Source of the DNA: a virus
Reading direction: 5' to 3' (one strand)
IMG/VR virus record: IMGVR_UViG_3300025013_000002
Location: 18,562 to 82,561 of that record
DNA length: 64,000 bases
In this document: piece after piece, positions 34,301 through 43,231 of the stretch
How the letters are laid out: every line of letters starts with the position of its first letter
How positions within the stretch are numbered: the first letter of the stretch is position 1
Made by a program: the position numbers and the translations under genes
Notes under the pieces: model-generated
Database searches by the model: none
Seen by the model: only the letters and a program-made list of their open reading frames with translations
What the model was told of the DNA's origin: nothing

Positions 34301-36341
34301 TTAGACTTTTGCTCACAATCGGGGCACTTTATTTCCTCGCCTCTAGCCTCCCGTTCGATTTCATGCTCGATGTACTCTTCTGCCAGGGTCTCGGAGCGAA
34401 ATGCGGAAACGTGGCCATACCTACCAAGCAACTCGTTCCACCTCTCGACAGCTACCCAGCCAATCCCGGTTTGCCCTGCAGGCACAATTCTGTAAAATGG
34501 GATTTTGATGAATTTCATTTTGTGGCTCCTTTCGTAAAATGTGAAGTTTCACTTTTTACCTTTCAGCCATTCCCTAATCCGAATCATCCCCTCGCTGCTA
34601 ATCTGCCAGACCGGAACTCCACCATCCAGATAAAGGCCCCTCTCTTGGTCGCCTTCCATTAAAGTGCTTAGGTAGTACCTGGACACGAACTGACCGAAGT
34701 CCGTATGATCGTAACGGCAGTCATAGAATTCGACCGTCGGATCATCTTGGTCGTGCTCCAGGCAGAAATTGAGTCCGTATTTATCACCTTTTTGTACGAT
34801 CCGGACGAGCCAGATCATTCCTTGGTCGTTGAATATTTTGATCATTTTTGAGCCCTCCTACCGCACCATTTTCGATGAAGAAGTTGTTCGGGTACTTCAG
34901 CTCCAGGCAGTAGACGATGGTTTCCAGTGGGAATCCTCTGTTGACCAGTTGCTGCACGTAGGCTTGCCAAGGCAGTTTCATTTTTAACCTCCTTCTGACC
35001 GCAGGTTTCCTCAGGTTGATTGCTTCGCAGGAGAACATGAGGAAACCTGCGGTCCAACTATCAAGCTACTCAGCCCACATTACCAGATCCGAGAAAAGAC
35101 CCTCGGCCTCTGGGAGTTCCCACAGCCCGTCTTTGTTCCTGGAGGCTATTATCGTGTCTCCGTCAGGTCCGCTCCTCAGTTCTCCGTAGGTTATTTGCAT
35201 GTAATCCGAGAAGGGGCCTAAGTCCTCACTCATGGTCGAGGTAGCAACATTTTCACCGCGTACATAGTAATTCATTTTATTCTCCTTTTGGTTGATGGTG
35301 GTTGAACTCGGTCGATTCAAATAAATGTGAAATTTCACTTTTACGAAAACCTCAGTAAGATAGCCGTCGCCCAAACAACTCCGAGCCAAACTATAGGTGC
35401 CATCATATCGTCCCTCCGTGCTTTCGGATAATCTCCCGGACAACTTCCAGAGGGACGTATGAATAAACGGGAGAACCTTCGTAGGTATGATAAGGAGCCA
35501 AAAGTTCTTCTGGTTTGTTAGGGAACCCAACCTCGACATCCGAGTACAAAGCGAGCTTGAAGAAGTCCATTGTCTTAGGACAACAAGCGTGACGATCGCT
35601 TGCCTGGACACTCATCATAAACCCGTCTTTGCACACGATCTGAGGGAATAAAACTCCCTGGGTCCTTGTGGGAAGTTTGATTTCAATTTTGGTGGACATT
35701 TGGATCTCCTTTGTAATTACGGGCTATTTCCGAAATGGGCGGATAGGGATGAGGGGAAAGAACTTTATAAAACCTTTGTCTTGGCGTTTATAGCGGGTTT
35801 GGATCTTTTCGTCAAGCATTTTAATTCACATGTGTATTTAAATTGGAATGTGAAACCTCACTTTTATGGTTTATTTGACGGGCGAATCAGGTAAACTACG
35901 CAAACTTTGCATAGCTGGTGTAAAACCTTATTAAATACGCAGGTTTAGTCAGGTTTCTAGCGGAGCTTGGATATTGAGTTATGCCTGCGGTGGATTAGGG
36001 AGGATGCAGGATCAGTCAATTTTCCAGCGAAGCTTTAATCATGAGGAAACCTGCGGTTGAATTGGGAGCTTCGCAGGTTTCCTCAATTTTAATGCGAAGC
36101 TGGTTGGCTTGAGGCGGACTGCGAGGTATTAAAGCACTTCTTTCTCCGTGACGAAGTATTCGCGCTCGAAACCTTCGGGAGCGTTGATCTGCCATTCCTG
36201 GCCTTTGGCGTGCGCCTTTTCGCTGGAGGAAAAGAGGAAGGTTTCAACCCAGCGATCATCCGAGTAGGGCTCAAGGGTGTCTTCAATCTGCGCGAGTTCA
36301 TAGACGATCATTTTAATTTCTCCTTTTTCTCGTTTCCCCAA
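25381..36341 (-). CDS. Array of roughly 25 small, often acidic, early or host-takeover type genes (e.g. 25381-25686, 25705-26043, 29132-29776, 29848-30450, 30745-31374, 31627-32100, 32120-32653, 33217-33600, 34102-34518, 34549-34845, 35403-35699)
   Basis: Each gene has a strong RBS. Widespread phage/plasmid motifs include LLCTGGPA, AGHDFWLTRNGHGCGFWD, GYDPGGAYWG and GQFVSRYYLSTL. Confidence 0.7.
26045..26359 (-). CDS. 'HTPGPW...ANARLIAAAPELL' family protein, copy 1
   Basis: KHTKGPWNV...EANCRLISQAPALLDAL. Confidence 0.7.
   Translation of the reverse strand: MKIESKHTKGPWNVTGYLDGYYKILGAQIELDPEDEECTLTLEERVEIDEANCRLISQAPALLDALKDIHDRLSGIKHFGPMSTNTIEDLLVIAEQAVKKAEEA
28151..28435 (-). CDS. 'HTPGPW...ANARLIAAAPELL' family protein, copy 2
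   Basis: KFSPGPWRL...ANADLMAAAPELLEAL. Confidence 0.7.
   Translation of the reverse strand: MKNKFSPGPWRLVNHAGDHSQGIVSDERDYDIALVYNRYEEEYQANADLMAAAPELLEALENLVRWQDTGNNPPLASDWRKAREAIRKAKEGSK
28425..28718 (-). CDS. 'HTPGPW...ANARLIAAAPELL' family protein, copy 3
   Basis: KFTPMPWNV...EANCALISAAPELLAAL; ATG at 28718. Confidence 0.7.
   Translation of the reverse strand: MSTNKFTPMPWNVEGYRDGFYKILGAQIQLDPEDVLPHLTSEQVTEIDEANCALISAAPELLAALEDLITIWGLPDTASWEEARRVVAKAKGVQNEK
34997..35054. repeat. Hairpin element family C, copy with perfect 17-bp arms
   Basis: GACCGCAGGTTTCCTCA-N8-GCTTCGC-N9-TGAGGAAACCTGCGGTC. Confidence 0.9.
35939..36122. repeat. Three degenerate family C units in tandem, period 67 bp
   Basis: Units start at 35939, 36006 and 36073; each is GCAGG-N5-TCA-N8-GCG(G/A)AGC-N8/9-TGA...CTGC. 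Confidence 0.8.
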
Positions 36342-36415
36342 GTTCCAACGCGTTTCCCTTCCTAGATCAAAAAGGATATACGCGCCGGTCCTGGGGGTTT
36401 TTAGGTAGTTCGTTT

Positions 36416-36445
36416 AGGCGCTATGTGAAATTTCACATAGCGCCT
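36416..36445. repeat. Perfect 30-bp palindrome centred on a family B site
   Basis: AGGCGCTATGTGAAATTTCACATAGCGCCT. Confidence 0.95.
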
Positions 36446-36617
36446 CTCAAGGTCGAGCTACGATCCGCGCCCTGGACCTGCAGGGCACCTCTTTTGCTCC
36501 ATCTAAAGACTGCGAACATCCGTTTGCAGAGTTTAGAAAATGTGAAATATCACTTTTATTTGTTCCATTATGTAACACATCCTGGATGAAATGTGAATTT
36601 TCATATTTTCTAAATAG

Positions 36618-36653
36618 AGCGGGACCGGCTCGATGCTTTGGGCCGGTCCCGCT
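36618..36653. terminator. GC-rich 12-bp stem-loop, probable terminator
   Basis: AGCGGGACCGGC-N12-GCCGGTCCCGCT. Confidence 0.65.
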
Positions 36654-37110
36654 TTGTTGCCTCAAAAATGTGAACTTCACATTTTTAATGAGCTTTTCTT
36701 TAACCAGTGAACCGATTGCCTCATGCCTCGCCTTTCTTATCAGCGACACAACTATTAGCAGGACGGTCAGTATCTGGCGTTTAAACGGCCCTTCTGTTTA
36801 GATGTATGGTAGCACCTCCCCCGCTTCTTATCTCTCGACTATAAGGGGATATTCCGCCTTTCCAATCTGTTACCTTGTACCGTCAGGCAGACTCCCATAG
36901 TTGGGGCCTCTGTCTGCAGTCATTTGGATTGATACAAGTCAAGGATCGAACGCGCTAAATCTTGTGCTGATCCTGTCGGCAATAGGTGACAGGTTCTAAG
37001 GTTTCGTGCCCTATAGCGGGACACTACTTTCTCCGTTTGGCATTTTGCTAGAATGCCTGTACAGGTGTCAAGCTGTACACGTCATGCCTCAATAGTCTCA
37101 ATGAGCGGGG
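36618..37110 (-). ncRNA. Candidate large structured non-coding RNA
   Basis: No credible ORF; dense consecutive helices; G-U wobbles form only on the minus strand; potential pseudoknot. Confidence 0.45.
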
Positions 37111-37118
37111 AAATGATA

Positions 37119-37179
37119 CAAGGGTCTTGCTCTGTAGCTTCTAGATCCTACACCTAGAAGCTACAGAGCAAGACCCTTG
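37119..37179. repeat. Perfect 26-bp inverted repeat with 9-nt loop
   Basis: CAAGGGTCTTGCTCTGTAGCTTCTAG atcctacac CTAGAAGCTACAGAGCAAGACCCTTG. Confidence 0.95.
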
Positions 37180-37204
37180 CCGGTTAGGGCAAGGGCCTTT
37201 GGCG

Positions 37205-37639
37205 CTAGGCAGAGGCACCGGCCTTTTTAGCCTCTTTCATGGCTTTTTCCAGAGCTGCGAAAAGCCCCTCATTCCCTGCACATTTCGTCATGACGGCCTT
37301 AACGTAGCTGTCAACGTTGAACTCTTTGGTGCAGTTGGAGTTATCACCGCTGTTCCTGATGAAGTCATACAGCCTCTTGAGGAAGCGCCCACACTCGCCT
37401 TTGTCCTGAATAGCCTCGGTGTATTTCTCGGGAACGTCGCGGCCAGCCTGCAGCATGGCGTTGTGTACCGTGTGAACGTAGCCGGTTGCCTTTTCCGGCA
37501 CGCCGAAGTGCGTTTCGATGGTGGAGATGGTATCCATCATGCGGGTCTGTTGCGAGGCGTAGGCTTTGCTCTCTGCGTCAACGGTTTTCAGAATGGCGGT
37601 TCTAGCTTTGATACCCATGGACTCGATTTGCTTTTTCAT
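37205..37639 (-). CDS. Hypothetical protein, first gene of the leftward arm
   Basis: ATG 37639 with AAGGGG RBS, downstream of a sigma70-like promoter. Confidence 0.7.
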   Translation of the reverse strand: MKKQIESMGIKARTAILKTVDAESKAYASQQTRMMDTISTIETHFGVPEKATGYVHTVHNAMLQAGRDVPEKYTEAIQDKGECGRFLKRLYDFIRNSGDNSNCTKEFNVDSYVKAVMTKCAGNEGLFAALEKAMKEAKKAGASA

Positions 37640-37723
37640 GATATACCCCTTTGGCCTATGGCCGGTTGTGGTGCAAGGCACCGTGTATGCTTCCCAGGTG
37701 AGCCGTTCGTTCATGTTGATACA

Positions 37724-37752
37724 GTTATAACAGCTACCTTGTTTCAAGTCAA
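37724..37752 (-). promoter_or_regulatory. Leftward sigma70-like promoter
   Basis: TTGACT-17-TATAAC with AT-rich upstream region. Confidence 0.7.
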
Positions 37753-37831
37753 CACTATTTTTCACATTTATTTTAAAATAATTATTCTTGTGTAAAACAA
37801 GGTACTTAGGCTGTTAATTCATATTAGGTAG

Positions 37832-37939
37832 CTCCCCTCGGTCGATCCCTACGACCTCCCCTCGGTCGATCCCTACGACCTCCCCTCGGTCGATCCCTAC
37901 GACCTCCCCTCGGTCGATCCCTACGACCTCCCCTCGGTC
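37832..37939. repeat. Tandem repeat, 4.5 x 24 bp
   Basis: CTCCCCTCGGTCGATCCCTACGAC at 37832, 37856, 37880 and 37904, plus a 12-bp partial copy. Confidence 0.97.
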
Positions 37940-38034
37940 ACTGGGGGCGGGGTGAAAGTTTTAATGAGAGCCAGGCTCCCTTACCCATTCACACACACGC
38001 TACGAGTTAAAATTCAGATGTACATACTTTTATC

Positions 38035-38063
38035 TTGACACGTAGCGAGTAAAGTGTTAAGGT
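38035..38063 (+). promoter_or_regulatory. Rightward sigma70-like promoter
   Basis: TTGACA-17-TAAGGT upstream of the AAGGAG RBS of 38094. Confidence 0.65.
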
Positions 38064-38093
38064 TCAATACAGGCAAAACAAAGGAGAAATAAA

Positions 38094-38420
38094 ATGGAAC
38101 GAGTAAAAATTGGAGATAAATTTCACGCTTGGACAGTGATAGCAGGCCCCATCATGAAGGGCAAAGGTCTCAAGTATTGGACATGCCAATGTGCTTGTGG
38201 GACTCAGAAGGAGATCCAGCAGTACTCCCTACTGAATGACCGCACCCATAGTTGTGGGTGCCAGAAGGTTTTCTCCGAGGAAACTAGAAAGCTCCTGTCC
38301 GAACTCAGGAAACAGCGGCCCGCCCCAAGAGCTAAGGGGTTCACCCAGACTGAAGAGACGAGGGCGAAGATAAGCCAGGGTGCCAAACAAAGGTGGGAGG
38401 AGAGGAAGGCGCAGCCATGA
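38094..38420 (+). CDS. DNA-binding protein built from homing-endonuclease-associated modules (Cys motif plus two NUMOD3 motifs), no nuclease domain seen
   Basis: YWTCQCACG...SCGC; FSEETRKLLSE; TEETRAKISQ. Confidence 0.7.
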   Translation: MERVKIGDKFHAWTVIAGPIMKGKGLKYWTCQCACGTQKEIQQYSLLNDRTHSCGCQKVFSEETRKLLSELRKQRPAPRAKGFTQTEETRAKISQGAKQRWEERKAQP

Positions 38421-38470
38421 CCCTACCCTACCTGCTTCGCACTGTTACCAGGGGTTCTACTCAAATTAGC

Positions 38471-38533
38471 CCACAGGGTTCCTCAATCCAGCCTGCTTCG
38501 CACTGATCCTGACCGGTACCTGTGGTCCAACTA
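38471..38533. repeat. Degenerate family C hairpin element
   Basis: CCACAGGGTTCCTCA-N9-GCTTCGC-N8-TGA...ACCTGTGG, followed by the same TCCAACTA as the 34997 copy. Confidence 0.7.
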
Positions 38534-38594
38534 GACGAGCCTGTGGCTGCACCGGGATAAACAAAATACCAGCGCCAACCCAAGAGGAGTTAAA

Positions 38595-38975
38595 ATGAAG
38601 ACGATCATACGGAATCACCCAGCAACTTCCCAGGAAGCTATCCAGTTCACCCAGCACCTCCTCCAGTCCTTCCCCATCACCACCAGAAGGCAGATCACCA
38701 TCGAGTTCAGGTCTACTAACTCTATTGGGAGGGGGAATTGGGGCATGGCGCACGATTACAAATTCAACAACACGCTCTTTCTGGAACTGGCCCTTGGGAC
38801 TTCCAAGGAACGCAGAGATCTCCAGGATCTCCTCCACACAATTGCCCACGAGTACTGCCACGCGCTCCAATACGACCAGGAGAAGCCTGCATCCTGCACT
38901 GAGGCGGACCTCTTCGGAGACAAAGAGGTGCCCAAGTTTCTGGAGGAGAACCTGCGGATGAAAAAGGCTGCTTAA
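38595..38975 (+). CDS. HExxH zinc metallopeptidase-like protein (ImmA/IrrE/SprT-like)
   Basis: LLHTIAHEYCHALQ...E..AD. Confidence 0.7.
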   Translation: MKTIIRNHPATSQEAIQFTQHLLQSFPITTRRQITIEFRSTNSIGRGNWGMAHDYKFNNTLFLELALGTSKERRDLQDLLHTIAHEYCHALQYDQEKPASCTEADLFGDKEVPKFLEENLRMKKAA

Positions 38976-39419
38976 AATTTAACAGGAGGAACAAATGACC
39001 AAAATTTACTACGAGATCGACATCACCAAGGCACCGGTAGGACCGCCTGTGCGCTTATTTAGGGAAGGCTTCGATACGCGCCGTCTGAATGAAGAGCGCC
39101 TGGAGGACTACTACCGGTACATTGAGGAGTTCAAGAGGCAGCGGGAGTTAGCCCGGTCCAAACCCAGCAGCTAGAGCACCTCTCCCCTATTGTACCTGGG
39201 GTAATGCTCCATATATGATACGTTAAGCCTAAAAATATGACTTAATGATTCATATTTGATACGTTAAGAGGGCAAAAGTAATGTGGGATTTGAACCGGAG
39301 GTTGGATTTTGGGATTGCTAAAATTTTGGGGATGTGGGTTCAGAAAGGATATACTTTGGGGAAATGCAAAAATGTCAACTAATGGTTTACAAATTTGTGG
39401 ATTTTCAATTTGTTACCTA

Positions 39420-39483
39420 GCGAACCACAGGTTTCCTCAGGTGGATCGCTTCGCGGGAGAACATGAGGAAACCTGTGGTTCGC
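39420..39483. repeat. Family C hairpin element, copy with perfect 20-bp arms
   Basis: GCGAACCACAGGTTTCCTCA-N8-GCTTCGC-N9-TGAGGAAACCTGTGGTTCGC. Confidence 0.9.
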
Positions 39484-39598
39484 CTAAGCCGTGCTCTTGT
39501 GGTCCCAGTAACGTTAAGCAAAATTTACAAAACCTACCTGAAATGTAAATTTTATTTTACGATAGCCACTTTAAAATTCACGCAGCGAAGCGAAGTGC

Positions 39599-39648
39599 AT
39601 TCACATCTGAATTTTTCTCTTGACAAATATTCAGAAGTGAATTACGAT
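39599..39648 (+). promoter_or_regulatory. Sigma70-like promoter with two family A operators
   Basis: TTGACA(39620)-17-TACGAT; one operator upstream of the -35 and one filling the spacer. Confidence 0.75.
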
Positions 39649-39736
39649 GCAGTTCAACAAGAGGTCTGCCTGCCGCTAACGGGAGAGGCCTTTTGTTTTA
39701 GCAGGACAAATTCAGATGTGAATTAAGGAGACCATT

Positions 39737-42538
39737 TTGACCGTTAAAGAGTTGATCGAGGAACTGAAGGACCTGCCGCAGGACGCTGAGATAATCATGC
39801 AGAAAGACACCGAGGGGAATGGCTACAGCCCTTTGTCTGTAGTTGATCCAGACGCGATTTACGTTCCGGACAGCACCTGGAGCGGAGATGTTTATTCGCT
39901 GGATTGGACAGCGGAGGATTGCTGTTTGCAGGAGGACGACTGGGAGGAAATGAAGGCCAACCATCCGAGGTGCGTAGTTCTGGCACCAATAAATTAAGGA
40001 GAACATTTTGACGATCACGATCAAAGAAAGTAAGACAGCGGATTCCCGGACCTGCGGAGATCCGACGAAGGTGACCAAGGAAATCTTGGTCGCTTCCACA
40101 GTGCAGCACATCGAGGACGTAGGGAAGGGCATCGAGTTTATTCAGGGAGCCTTAGGCGAGGCCATAAAGTGGCACGACTTCGACAAACTGACCTGCCTCG
40201 ACCAATTCCACTCCGACTTCCAGACGGGTTTTAGTGAGCATAGCTGGTGGGACTCCCACAAGATCTGCTCCAGGCACCATCTTTTAACTGAAGAAGGTGT
40301 GCCAGAAGACGTTGACCTGATCGACGTGCTGGAGTTCATCGTCGATTGTGTCATGGCGGGGATGGCTCGAAGCGGAGCTGTTTATGACTTGGAGCTTCCA
40401 GATGAACTGCTGCAGCGAGCCTTTAGGAACACGGTGGACCTTTTAAAGGACGCGGTGGTGGTGGAGGTCTCCGATGAGCCTTAAGCCCTACTGGGTCAAG
40501 CACCCGGTTCAACTTCGTCTAGCAGCATTACTCGCGATCCTGACTTCACCGCTCGCGGTTTGCTGGTTCGTCTGCGAGAGCATTTGGGAGCAGCGTGGCG
40601 GTATTGCTAGAGCCTACAAGGAAGCTTGGGGCTACGTGATTAAGGGAGGTGGGTGATGTTTCAATTGGCAGATTTTTTATTTATAACATCGGGCGCCACC
40701 ATCGTGGGTTTTTGAGACCAACTGGATGCTAGGCATCGCGACTTGGCTCATAGCAACTGCCTGCAAGTCAGGCAGCAACTACAGATAAAATAAAAGGAGA
40801 TCAAAAATGGAATGGTATCACGTTTATTTGTTCACGAGGTTGGATGGTCTGAGTGGTGCGTTTTGTTTTTCTGGGATTTTGTTGGGCGTCATCACGGTGA
40901 TAGCTTTAGCTTTCCTGCCCATTTTAGCCCACGAGGTGGAGGACACAGCAATCCTCAAAAAGATTTATGGCGTGCTTGTCGGGACCGCCCTCTTCTTCAG
41001 CGCAGGCGCCCTAGCAATCCCAACTCAAAAAGAAGCAGCCGCGATTTACCTGCTGCCGAAGCTGGCAAAGTCCGAGTTCGCTTCTGAGGCATCGAAGATT
41101 CCTACGGACGCTGCTAAGCTTTTGAGGTTGAAGCTGGAGCAGTACATCGCGGACATCGACCCGGTGAAGGAGGCAGAGAAGAAATGATCTGGCTTATAAG
41201 ATTTGGATTGGGCACGGCTTATTTCGGGTTCGCTTGGTGCGGAGTAGTTTTTTACCTGGATATGCTCTGCGGCAAATATGGCCTCGCCCTGTCGATGCTT
41301 TTGTGCCTCGCAATCAACGCTGTTAATGTCGCGCTGTACCACAAGATGTTAGGCGAGGAGGCCCAAAAGTGACCAAATGTACTTGGGTCGATTGCCTTGC
41401 TCAAGGAATCAACCCACAGTTTTCTAAAGATGGCGAAGAGTGGGCCTGCCTGTGCGACGAGCATCACGAGAAGTTGGAAGGGGTGTTGGAATCGGCGAGG
41501 AGAGTAGGTTCGGACGCGGTGCTGCCCACTTGGGCCAATATTTTAGACGTGTGGGCTAAAGCTCAGGGTGGGGCTGCGGAAGCGGCGAGGAGGATTTGAG
41601 ATGACCCACATCGAAAAAGAAGTAATGGAAAAGATAAAGGACGAGCCTTGGTTTGAGGGGCGGGATTGTCAGTACGAAAACTGTGCCTCTCACGGGTGTG
41701 AAGACTGTACCCACGATAGCAAAGATTACGCAGGCTGCACCTACTGCTCTGACGGAATTTGTCAGTGGAAACAAGCATAGGAGCTAAAAAAAAATGGAAC
41801 CCCACAATTTCGTCAAGCTCTATCGAAGCATACCTTGGCTGGTTTGCAGCAAATGTGGGCTCGTAAGACTCAGGAACCCGTTCACCGATTGGTGCGTCCG
41901 GAATGGCTGCGATGCAGACGAGAGACCGGACTACAAGAAAATGCGAGATAAATTAACTCGACAGGAGGTTTAAAAATGGAAGTGATTTGTGATCACGGTA
42001 AGGAGAGTTGCGGGAGTTGTATACACAGCGCACCGCATGAAAGGTATATAATTGGTTGCAGTTGCGAGACCTGTGGTAGCACAGGTGAATGGGTCCAATG
42101 CATTCCGGTCGAGGCTAAAAAGGACTGCGACAACCTGCTGGGGAGGCTCAAGGGTCAGATCGAAAAGATAGCCGAGAACACCCCATACAAGAACGAGGTG
42201 GATGTAGCGGGGCGCCTGCTGGGGAACCAGATGGTTATCATGGAAGCTCTTGTGGCTTTGCTGGAGGCGAGATGAGTTGGACTGACTGCGTTTGTGTCGA
42301 AAACGAGAACCACAACGGTGAATACGCCGAGTGCCTCATGTGTGAGATCGAGCGACTAGGTGAATACGCCGAGGACTTGAGTAGTGAGGTCGAGAGGAGT
42401 CACGAGGAGAACCGGCTTCTAAGAGACCAGGTTGCTCGGCTGCAGGCCTCAACAGGTGCATCTGTGATGCGCGGGAAGAACCAGAGGATTGAGGCGTTGG
42501 AGGAGCAGATAGAGGAACTCAGGATTCTTGCGTTTTAA
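39737..42538 (+). CDS. Cluster of small hypothetical genes, several membrane-type or Cys-rich
   Basis: Contiguous plus-strand ORFs with RBSs. Confidence 0.6.
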
Positions 42539-42569
42539 CAAATTCAGATGTGAATTCAAAGGAGATAAT

Positions 42570-43220
42570 TTGAGCAGAGGAGAAAAGCTCCGGGTCTTAG
42601 TTGCCTGTGAGTACAGCGGAATTGTTCGCGATGCCTTTATCGCAAGAGGACACGACGCAATGAGTTGCGACCTGCTTCCAACTGAGAAGCTCGGTCCACA
42701 TTACCAAGGAGATGTTCGGGACATTCTCGATCAGGGCTGGGACCTACTGATCGCCCACCCAGACTGCACGTACATAACCAGCAGCGCGGAGTGGGCCTAC
42801 GGCGATGGCCCTTACCACCAGAAGGTTAAGCCCGAGACCTTAGTTGGTGCTGCTAGGAGGGCCGCGAGGGAGGATGCGCTTGATTTCGTCAGGCTGCTTC
42901 TCGCTGCGCCGATCTGTATGAAGTGCATCGAGAACCCTGCACGGGGGGCCATTAATACGAGGGTCAGGAAGCCGGATCAAATCATCCAGCCTTGGCAGTT
43001 CGGTCACGACGCGAGCAAGGCGACTGGGCTCTGGCTTGAGGAGCTTCCTCACTTGTTGCCGACTTGTTTGGTGCTTCCTCGAATGGTAGGGGCGCTCCCG
43101 AGGTGGGGCAATCAGACGGACAGTGGGCAGAACAAGCTGACTCCGGGAAAAGACAGATGGAAAGAACGAGCCCGCACCTACCAAGGTTGGGCTGACGCTA
43201 TGGCGGATCAATGGGGATAA
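42570..43220 (+). CDS. Phage-type DNA cytosine methyltransferase-like protein
   Basis: RVLVACEYSG.VRDAF...GHDAMSCDLLP; WDLLIAHPDCT; IENP; QPWQFGH..SKATGLWL; AMADQWG. TTG start at 42570 after GGAG. Confidence 0.8.
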   Translation: MSRGEKLRVLVACEYSGIVRDAFIARGHDAMSCDLLPTEKLGPHYQGDVRDILDQGWDLLIAHPDCTYITSSAEWAYGDGPYHQKVKPETLVGAARRAAREDALDFVRLLLAAPICMKCIENPARGAINTRVRKPDQIIQPWQFGHDASKATGLWLEELPHLLPTCLVLPRMVGALPRWGNQTDSGQNKLTPGKDRWKERARTYQGWADAMADQWG

Positions 43221-43231
43221 GGAGCTAGAAA

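Larger units (their letters stand above)
25199..36684. repeat. Dispersed repeat family B: AAATGTGA-N4-TCACTTTT, about 15 copies
   Basis: Copies at 27493, 29791, 30472, 32104, 32667, 33205, 33616, 33937, 34537, 35323, 35846, 36421, 36538 and 36589, plus variants at 25199 and 36666. Confidence 0.9.

Noticed and set aside
27493-36684. Family B sites as host CRP/FNR boxes
   Set aside because: CRP needs TGTGA-N6-TCACA. These have a 4-nt spacer, a fixed asymmetry, and sit at RBSs rather than at promoter-activating positions.
35700-36801. ORFs 35700-35894, 36447-36749 and 36586-36801 in the control hub
   Set aside because: They run through palindromes and repeats, lack convincing RBSs and have unnatural composition.
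37832-37939. CRISPR array
   Set aside because: The units are contiguous and identical with no spacers, and no cas genes are present in the window.
39200-39270. dif/Xer site
   Set aside because: TACGTTAA resembles a XerD arm, but the spacing to the CATA of a XerC-like arm is 5 nt rather than 8.
34997-39483. Family C elements as hammerhead ribozymes or integron attC sites
   Set aside because: CTGAGGA runs straight into AAC with no stem II, so there is no hammerhead core. The RYYYAAC/GTTRRRY ends are absent and no IntI-like integrase was seen.
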